Translations under genes and position numbers: made by a program
Notes under the pieces: generated by a model
Seen by the model: only the letters and a program-made list of their open reading frames with translations
Databases searched by the model: none
What the model was told of the DNA's origin: nothing
Shown: positions 54,540 to 64,000 of the stretch, one piece after another
Layout: each line of letters begins with the position of its first letter
Numbering within the stretch: position 1 is the stretch's first letter
Assembly: GCA_964304625.1 (NCBI GenBank)
Contig: OZ199838.1
Location: 16,983,853 to 17,047,852 of the forward strand
Source: Kudoa neothunni
Taxonomy: Eukaryota > Animalia > Cnidaria
Direction of reading: 5' to 3'
DNA length: 64,000 bases

Positions 54540-55380
54540 GCAGATAAAAAATACCTGTATAGTATTTAATAGTTGTTTGCTTCATAGTGATACTCGATTA
54601 GAATGAACATTTTACTCATTGTATAGAAAAAGAGTCTCTTGATTATGATGTAGGATGTTCTAAAATTTTTACATATGTCTGTTAGGAGTTACTCTAAGAC
54701 AAATAAAACTATTAACGTCACATTTACAAGAGATATTGCATATCCCTTAAAATTTTAAACATAAATAAGTTATTTGGGATGTGTTTTCTCTTTTCAAACG
54801 TTATGGGTATAGTTAAGCAAAATAGATTATGATCATTTTAAATAAAACACATAATTAGAGATTATAAGTTGTTGTCATGTTGGAATAATTTGGGTCTCTA
54901 TACGAATTCTAAAAACTATGTAGGATGTGCGTAGAGTTTTCAAATAATTAAATTTTTGTGATAACATCAATGGAAATTATGCTCCATTGGAATTGCTGAG
55001 ATGTAAATATTTCTTTTTACCAAATGTGTCGATTGAGATTGAAACTCTATTCGTCTTTTTGATAAGTGTTTATTCATTTTTTGGGTTTTCCATGCGCTTA
55101 AGATAGTTTTGATCTCTCCACAACTATTTAACTATCATCATTTAATGAAACTAAATTTTACTTCGGTGGCACAAATTCCATATCTTATAATAACTATTTT
55201 AAGGTTTTATAGTTGTGAACTAATAATTGATATTTACCAATTAATACAAGAAATACAAGTAAAACCTTTGGCATATTAACTTTGCTCATTATTTATGGAT
55301 TAATTTTTGTTTTACTTTTTATCAAGTGTATTACCAAATATACGCCTATTATTGATTAATGTCAGTAATATAATAAAATT
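54540..55380 (+). pseudogene. Intron-rich gene-like tract, possibly laminin-G/concanavalin-like; may continue from 52780-53370
   Basis: Short GT-AG-bounded segments. One frame of 55103-55203 reads FNETKFYFGGTNSISYNNYFK but includes TAA at 55129; an alternative open frame also exists. Confidence 0.25.
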
Positions 55381-56720
55381 ATAATTTTCTAAAATCACTT
55401 TAAAAAGTATGATAAATTTTTCGAATTCATGTAAAACTTAAATATTTAAAATATAAGATATAACAGAGAACGTAAAGTTTTAATCCAAAAAATCAGGGGG
55501 ATGCCCGTAGAATGAAATCAGAACTCCCATTAGAACAGATTAAAATTATATTCTAAAATAAGTCAAATATTTATTATTTACTGTAATAAATTGCTAATGT
55601 TTAATTTATAAATTATTTCAATTTTAATAAACAAAAAAATTTGTTTAAATAAAGAGAGAAATAATAATGAACCACATTGTGGCCAGTTATAATAAATTTG
55701 TTCATGAAAAAAATTTTATAATAAAAATTTAGCTATTGATTTTAATTAAATTTATCATATGACAACAGTATTAATAGTAATTCTAATAAGAGTTTTTTAA
55801 TGTGTAATTACTAAAAACAATTTAAAAGATAAATTTAATCAATCGATTGAAATATTATATATCACGAAAATATTTTTCATCAAAATATATAATCCTTTGT
55901 CATTCAATTAAGGCGTGGAAGCACGGATTGAGTCATCCCATTACAAAAGTACGTATAGTGAGTATATTGGAAATAAAATTTAAATGAGGAAATCTGTGAT
56001 TATTAATCAGTATAATTACAGTGGGATACCTATTCGGAATAATCCCTTCTGAACCATTAAAAAGTGTGTAAAATTTGTTCCATTTTTTTCATACTTTTTG
56101 CGCATGCACATTATAATTATGTATATCATTTTTGGAATTTTTTAAAACAAATTATTGTCCATTTTATCGAAAATTTTCTGTTAAATAAAAGTTCTATAAC
56201 AGGAAGAAACCAAATGATACTGTAGTTTAAATGTTTGAACAAATCCATTATTTTGGATTGGCTAATATTTGGATTCATTATAACATGTAGATAAAAAGTC
56301 TTAAAAAAATGGAAAACAAACTCTAAATTTTTCATCTAGTGGTGAAATTTGGATCTTTTTTTTTTTTTTGAAATTGTCATTTAGGGTAGTTATATGTTAA
56401 TGCTGAAATGTTTTAACATTTATACCTTTGCTTGTAGGCATATATATATATATATATATATATAATTTTTTGAGAATAATTGTATATTAGAACTACGGAT
56501 TGGTCCCAAAAATTGTATTAAATTGGAAAATCACGTGATTTCTAGTATATATTTTACATCATATACAGTCAATTATTTTAACTAAATTACCGTTGAGTTG
56601 AATATATATATATATATATATATGTTTGCATAAACCTTAGAATTACTTAAAATTATAATCAAACAAATTTTATAAAAAATGTGCAATATCGGTTACCAAC
56701 TGTATTTAATATTTAAATTA

Positions 56721-59582
56721 GGCATATGATATTACCACGGGAATCGATTTCTCTTCAATTAGTATCTCTATTAAATAACTAATTTCACATTACTAATATT
56801 TATATTTGTCTCTACTAAATTACAGGATTAGGTAACAATTGAAATATCTTTTTTTACATATTTATATTGTTTATTTTATTGATCGTTTTTCATAATTAAA
56901 TGAAAAATTTATTAATCTTAGTTTAAAACACGATCAAATTGTAGTATGTCATTTTCTGTCAGTAATAAGGTTAAAGTTAAAGAATTTTGTGTGATTTAGT
57001 ATAAGTCTTACATTACTCTTGAAGTGCGCGCCTTTACATGATATATTCAACCTCGTGTTATTTAATTTTTTTCCAATATTTAAATTATATGATTTAGTGT
57101 ATTCTATTCATAAATTATACTCATTATATTTCACAGAAATGATGTGAATTTTCCTCTTTAGATTTCAATATTGACAAGAATTTTGAAAAAATTAATCATA
57201 ATTAGGTCATTTTTCTGAAATTAGATAAATGTAACACGATGAGCAATGGCTATCCTAGTCAAATAAATAATGAGAGGTATAAGCATATTTAGTTTTCTTT
57301 TTGTATCCAATAGTGGTTAAAGCGTATCCCTTTGGTCTCCCAACAGACTTCAATTGAGAGGGAACTTTTAAGGCTAAAATAATTTAAAAAAAGAAAGGAA
57401 ATGAAAGTACCATCAAGCTCGATCATATTTAAAATAGGTGCTAGTTGATCTTTAGATAAAACAGTTTAGAGGTCGGGAGCATTTTCATTTGAAATATTAT
57501 TAATAATAATATTCTCGATAATCTCCTCACCTTGCGGAATAATATTATTACCAACACCCTCAACAATTATTTGAGAATTAAAAATATTCTCAATAACATC
57601 TATTTTTTGTAAGTTAGATACGAGTAAAATATTCAAGTTAAGCGTCATATACCTCTTCCTTCAGAGATATCTTCATCTTCGGCTATAGCCTCAGAGTATT
57701 TAATATTCAATGGTGCGATTTCCTAAAAATAAATCAAGAAAAATTAAGTTTTCTTAAAATACATAATTGATTTATTTTCTTTATTAATTTGATGTCGTGG
57801 TTCTTGATTATTTTTTCTATTGTGTTGAATAGTGATAGGCAACTATCATAAAACTCCCCACAATATTCAGCGGACAAAGCTGCTAGCTTATTTGTGTAAA
57901 TCGCAGAATTTTTTAAACGTTTTCCATAAGAATCAAAAATTCCTTTTTGGTTTTATTGAAATACTCTCTTTTGGTGTTACATTTATAGTTTCCATTTCCA
58001 AGAATCGGCTCATGTAATCTTGTGACCATCTAGGGTGGCATAAATTTGAATCAAACATTGGAAGCAGGTTAAACGCTCTCTTTTTAAAAATATGACTACA
58101 TGGAAGGAGATACGATCTGTAAATATAACAATTACATCTTATGAATGTAGTTACACTATCTGTATTCGTGTTTTCGTTAAAATTTTGAATTTGTTTGTGG
58201 ATTATATTGAAGGAAAATGGATTTAAATGATTAAAATACGCGTTTAGAACTTCATTTGAGGTATCAAAATTAACTGGCTTCAGTAATATTTTGATTATAT
58301 TGTATTTCATTTCTATTCTCATTGATTTGAGAGCGTCAAAGAAATAACGGAAAAAATCATTAAGATTTGAAAATTTCTTTATTGTTTGTTTTAGTTGATC
58401 ATTAATGGCTTCTAATCTATTATTGGTCGAGTTTTCATAGAAAGGATATGCTACACTTAATCCTATGACCCATTCATCAGCGATTGGTTCCCAATTGGAT
58501 TTAAAATAGTTAATAAACTTATCGTTGCTTTGTTGAAAAAGATTATTGCATAGTTTATCGAATTCATGTTTATTTTTCGAATAGATAATTTTATTAAGAG
58601 TTTCAAGCAATTGGTCCCTTTTCTCTCGAGTGATACCGTATTTCGACATAGTTATTTCACGTCGGAAACTTTGAGAAACATGAAATATGCAGATCATTAG
58701 ATTGGAGTTTGGAAATAATTCTTTCAAACATTTCCTTAGAGTGTGGTGCTTGTCAGTAATGATCATTCGGACATTTTGAGTCATGTTCGGCATCATTTTT
58801 ATTAGTTTAGAAATATACCATTTAATTGACTCCGCCATTTCATCGTACAAGATGCAGCCGCTAGTTATGTGGGTTTCACCAACCGAGTCTTCTGCAACAG
58901 ACAGATACAATGGCGCACTAATAAACTAATAAAATAACGAAATAGAGAAAACCTCAGAAGATAACCGCGAGACTAGCAGTTTATAGGTTGCATCAAACAT
59001 GGGTAAGTTTTCATAGATCCATGGATCATTTGGATGGTTATGAGTAGTGTTAGAAGATCTAATCTCCAGAAAATTTCCATCTACACTTACTCATAATGTA
59101 ACTTTAAATGGGCTCCAAAGTAGCATACGTAAGTTATTTCGTAATACACTAACGTGTTTTTAATATATCGATTAACCCGGTTTTGCACTGAGTCGATTCT
59201 TCTTGAATCTTTAGATTCACAAAATGACTTTTCTCATACTCTTAAATATAAAATTTTAAACATTCAAAAGTTTCAAGTTTCATTCCAACATGAAAATTGT
59301 CTGAATTCGAATCACTCATTGTAGTTCAACCAAATTCGTGAAACACGTGGAGTTATGTTTACACTGCATGGCTCAAAGCAATAAATTCGAAATGATTAAT
59401 ATTTTTAATTAATTTGACGTTAATATTGTTTTAGTCTATTAGATTCGCTAACATTTATGTTGCTAGCAGTCTATTTTCCATAATTTAGTAGAGAAAAATG
59501 TAAATAATAGTAATGTTAAATCAGTTATTTAATAGAGATAACAATTGCAGAGAAATTGATTCCCGTGGTAATAGCCACTGCC
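56721..59582 (-). mobile_element. Full-length MULE with an intron-containing SWIM-type transposase
   Basis: ~110-bp TIRs (GGCA...TATTACCACGGGAATC...) and a perfect 9-bp TSD tttaaatta. ATG at ~59319. Motifs DATYK, IITDK, CIFHV, STNNRLEAIN, SWIM CNC...LPCSH and a C-terminal GRPKG. Short GT-AG introns near 58.93 kb and 57.74 kb. Confidence 0.93.
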
Positions 59583-59987
59583 TTTAAATTATATCATTAA
59601 TTTTAATCGTTTATTTATATTAATTCCGATAAATTTATAAACTGTGATTTCTTCAATCAATAAAAATTAAAATTATCGATAATAAATTGTAAAAAATTAT
59701 TTACTTTTAATTTTTTAAAAATAATATTAAAAGAATTCATCTATATATAATGAATATAATATATATGTGTGTCAAGGATTAATATTTAAGTGTACATTTT
59801 TAAGTCAAAATGATTAAAACTTTCCGAAATAATTGATTTTCGCATTAACCCTCTTTGTACGACGAGCGTGACCATAACGCAAAAGCCGGTGGCGACATTT
59901 TTGACTCCAGATCAAATCATTCTAAAACGTTTAAATTCTTTATTAAGCTAAATCAACACATACTTTAAAATAATTTCACACTATTAA

Positions 59988-62287
59988 CCCTCTGAGCGCC
60001 CCCAAAACGACTTTACACATTTTTTCTTTGGGGTCAAATTGACCCCAGGCGTGTTACGAATTAATTTACGCTAATTTTTTCATAGTTTTTTAATTATCGA
60101 TCTTTTTTTCAATGAGAACTAAGAAGAAATTAAAATATGTGGAATAGATTAATTTGCCTATACGAGGAATCATTAAATATAGTGTGGACTAGTCAGAAAC
60201 TAATGAAAATGATGCGTTTATTAAGAAATTTGCGTGTTTTATCATTTTATATTTTCCTGCATTTATATAAAATCATATATCGTTGAGCATGTTGCGAATA
60301 AAAACACATTAAACCAACGGACAAGACAAATGCAAATATATTTTTCCAAGTAATTTACCTTATTTAGCAAGACATTTAACGTGAATAACGTTTGAGTGGT
60401 CATCGCAACAGTTTGCCTTACAAACAGATCTTGTTTTTTTTGTCGCGGTTTCTTTCACAAAGACAACACCTTTTTCTACTTCGACTTGAACACTCCAAAG
60501 ACATATTTTGTTATAACTTCTCATTATTAATGTTCAGAAAATTAGTTACAAGACTGTCCGCTAGCATTTCTAAATATTTCAGTCTAGAGCAACTAGGGTC
60601 AATGAATATTTCCTTATAAATATGGAATGAGTTAATCAAACTGGCGTCAACCATATTATAAAAAACTGCAGTGGGCCAGCCAACGCTTCGTGATCGTTTA
60701 ACACTAGTTGTGGCAATTATACGGTCAACTGTGTCGACTCCTCCCTTGCATTTATTATAAGGATGTGTGACCACCTCAGGTTTTTTAGTGGCAGTATCAT
60801 CAACATTTGTATTGCAAGAAGAAGTTGTTAGAAGTAAAACTGATTTGTTTTTTTTGGAACATACGAAAGCAACATAAATTTTTTGTAAAACAAAAATCTA
60901 GAACTGTTTACTTCTCTATTTCGGTCTTTCTTTAGATGCTCTGGAATGTCTCTCTTGTTACTGCGGATCGTACCAACCATAGCCATACCCCAATTCAAGA
61001 GATTTTCTGCAACAGAAATAGAGCTGAAAAAATTATCAAATACAATATTTCTGTCACTGTCTTAAATTAACGACAAGTTCCAAAACCACACTTTCACCAA
61101 CATTTTGGGCTTTCTCGCTATTGTTTCTTCCCAAGTATACAGATATATTATAGATGTATTTTGTATCAGGGTCGGTAAGCAGAAAAAATTTTATACCGCA
61201 AACAGCAAGTTTCGACGGCGTGTATTGCTTAAAGGGACATTTACCTCTAAATGCAACAAGTCGCTCGTCGATGGTCAAATTTTCACCGGGAATAACTAAT
61301 TTAGAAATTCTGTCTTTTCAGGTATCAAAAATCTCTCGCAATGGGCAAAATTTGTCTAACTCACGTCTTGCTTCTCGGGTTTCAAAGTCATCAAAATGAA
61401 GAGACCTCGATATCTGGACAAATCTTTTTAGTAACACTATTTTTCTGAATATATTACAACACTCCAAAGTAATTTTAAGGACTCTAATTTTGACTTAAAT
61501 ATGGACATATAAATTAGAAATTCAAGGTAAGCTTCAAATTCTTCCAATGTTATAGATTTCCACTCATTATTGTAATGAAAATCCCCAAATTTGTTTGTGT
61601 TCGAAATCACACTAGAAAAAAATAAAATGTCAAAAAATATCAAGAATTTATCCGATATTTCTCTAATTCATGACGTCTCGTAGGCACTTAAACCTGGGAT
61701 CGGATGATGTATATTTTTCTTTTGAGTTTTTGTGATCTTTGGTGTAACCGAGGACGAAGCAATTCCATTTTTGTCGAGGAATAGATTTCTGTTTTTGCGA
61801 TTTGCGTTATTTCGTTGTCGGATTCTGATAAAGAATCAAATAAATGAAGACTGTCGTCTATTTCATTTGCTTCGGAATCATTTTCTGATCAGAACTCGTT
61901 CTCAAAATCACTCATTTTCAAAATGTATTTTCTTGCCTGTGTTTGTGAATCTTCGCTGAGCATATTTTTGGTTTTTTTCTCTATATTTTATGATAAAATC
62001 CCTTTAAAATTTAATTTAATTTAACTTAATTTAACTTAAATTTAAACAAAACATTTTTCATTTAGACTTGATACGTGTATTTTTACGTTCCCCCAAAGAA
62101 AGAATGTGTTAGTATTTAATTATTTCACTATTTAATATATTATTTCTAATTTTTTTTTACTTTCAAATCAAAAAGCACATTATAGGCAAATAGCTTGATT
62201 TTTAAACTAATTAAAGCTTTATGAGACAACATAAAACACAACACAAAATCATTTGGGGTCAATTTGAACCCATAGACGTTCGGAAGG
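59988..62287 (-). mobile_element. piggyBac element with decayed transposase
   Basis: TTAA on both sides and CC-starting TIRs with subterminal GGGGTCAAATTGACCCC palindromes. Motifs LHFDD, TIDERLVAFRGKCPFKQY, FDNFFSS, VGTIRSN, YNKCKGGVDTVD and a C-terminal Cys-rich region. Confidence 0.9.
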
Positions 62288-63543
62288 TTAATAGGTAAAA
62301 TGGGTTCTAATTTCCAGAAATAGTGATGTTAATTTGGGCACGCGCAAATAGGTTACCCACCCACAGTTTAATGAGAGTTTAAATGTCAAATTCTTTTAGG
62401 GGTTAGCTTGAGTCATAAAAATAAAAATAACGCCGGATTAATTAATTAATTATTTATTTAATTAAAGAATTAATTGGATATTAAAATGAGCTGTAATGAG
62501 AGGCATCTTCGTTACCAATTGGAAGACTTAGAATGGATTAAGTATATTTTGATCAGACAATGCACTTTTGTTCATGACAACATTTTTTCTAAATTTTGAA
62601 TTATTTCTTGATTCGTTCTTGTACATTCGCGAAATTTTGTTATTGCTTTGTGTTTCATTCGCGTGCATGCCAACCTGTCAGTTTGAAATTAGTCGTTTAA
62701 TAGGTTGAGAATCAAGATACTTTCTCCAAAAAAAGACTTTTTGATTAACATATTAAGGATTTAATGTATGGCGTCACGGGGTTGAACTAATGCTTGGAAT
62801 TTCATTGACTATAACCGTACCATGTTCATAGAAAATATTTTAATTAAATTTTTCAAAAATATATGATAATTTATATTGTTAAGGAATTTCGATTAGCAGA
62901 AGTTTATTAAAATTGGAGTAATTTAGTTCTAGATCAAGTAATAAGGTAGGATTACGGATCTAAAAACAACCATTGGGGAATCTGTGTTTTTCTATTCATA
63001 AGCGGTTGTTCATAATCAAATATAAAAACGCTGAAAGCATGGATTCAGTTAATTATTATAACTTCTACATTAAATAAACGTGTTGAAAACATTTGTATTA
63101 ATGTTTTATTTTCCAAATGATATGATTAAATTACTTTAGTAAACGTCGCATATTTTGTTATAAATAATAAACCATCTTCTGTATTAATGTTTATACATTT
63201 ATTATAAACTTTTTACAAAACTACATCAATCAGTTAATACATTTTTTAGTTTTTAAATTTTTATAATGACCAAATGCTCAGCTTTTTTATTTCAGTACAA
63301 TAATATGCAAAAAAAATTAGTTTGTAATTTATTTTTAAATAACTATTTACAAATAATAAAAATAAATCATCTAAATTGCATTTTAGTAATATTGTGTTTA
63401 TAACAATACTTAATTTAAGTAATTTACTGATGCATATGATTTGTGAAATTTATATTATATTTAATATTATTAAAATTAACTATTTTATTGTAAGTTTTCT
63501 ATTTTGTAACGAATGTAAAATGGGCTTATATAAACTCAAATAG

Positions 63544-63960
63544 ATTAAATGAAAGAATTAACAAGTTTTGGATATTGTAAGAGATTTAACAATCTAAGTA
63601 TTTTCGATAATGAGATAAACTAAGCTATTGGCGCTTGTTTTCTTATATAATAGATGTAGATGCACATTATTTTAACTAATCCCTCAAAATTTGAATGAAT
63701 CTCTTAATGTTGAAATTTCGAGTATTTAATAGTCTCTATAATCGCATTTTTAAACCCCCATTTGATATGTTCTCCAGGAATATTGACGATGTGAAAAAAG
63801 GGTTCAATTGTGTTTCTCTACTAATGGAAAATATCCCGCACTAAGTCATAGGAATGATACAACTTTTAATCCATATTTAACAAAGATTGAAACAAATCCT
63901 CCTAAACTGGCTTTATTATTTGAATAAAATGGAATAGATCGTTTAGAAATAAATCTACAG
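63544..63960 (+). pseudogene. Intron-rich gene-like tract running off the window end, with in-frame stops
   Basis: Strong acceptor ttctccag (63777) and donor cag|gtagcc (63961) bound an exact 61-codon segment with TGA at 63784 and TAA at 63925. Two upstream segments join in phase. Confidence 0.3.
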
Positions 63961-64000
63961 GTAGCCATTGCCAACCCATCGACCAGAATATATTTCAATG

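Noticed and set aside
8670-62715. Isolated hAT-like (8670, ~10950, ~15615, ~36226, ~62710) and piggyBac-like (~10140, ~11018, ~16430, ~17386, ~59846) termini
   Set aside because: They are probably MITE remnants, but I could not pair the ends or find TSDs, so they are not listed as features.
1-64000. Simple global reassignment TAA/TAG=Gln or TGA=Trp
   Set aside because: About 2450 codons in the giant ORFs and the NTPDase-like core contain no internal TAA/TAG and use CAA/CAG for Gln. The paralogs end at the same residue with TAA and TGA. Only a context-dependent version remains as a weak hypothesis.

Overview
AT-rich eukaryotic DNA, about 70% AT by eye, with very short GT-AG introns (mostly 30-50 nt). 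The BEL/Pao element, micro-introns and highly diverged host proteins suggest a reduced metazoan parasite such as a myxozoan; this is inference only. Most of the window is decayed or nested transposable elements: pogo/Tigger, Tc1 (DD34E), Merlin, MULE, hAT, piggyBac, Helitron, a full BEL/Pao LTR element with 130-bp LTRs, and two solo LTRs of another family. The host genes are the most interesting part. (i) Two paralogous ~1280-aa type I membrane proteins (2921-6801 +, 31611-35498 -) each have a signal peptide split by a phase-1 micro-intron, a long divergent helical/coiled-coil ectodomain and a near-invariant cytoplasmic tail EIYxKCENIYIKA. (ii) A multi-exon GDA1/CD39 (NTPDase)-fold gene (~11.4-13.2 kb) has all apyrase catalytic motifs replaced and an in-frame TGA just before its C-terminal transmembrane helix. 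Two inverted Helitron copies share a ~1.1-kb near-identical tract and bracket the second giant gene. Several other intron-rich gene-like tracts carry in-frame stops and could not be identified. All alignments and identity values are by eye.
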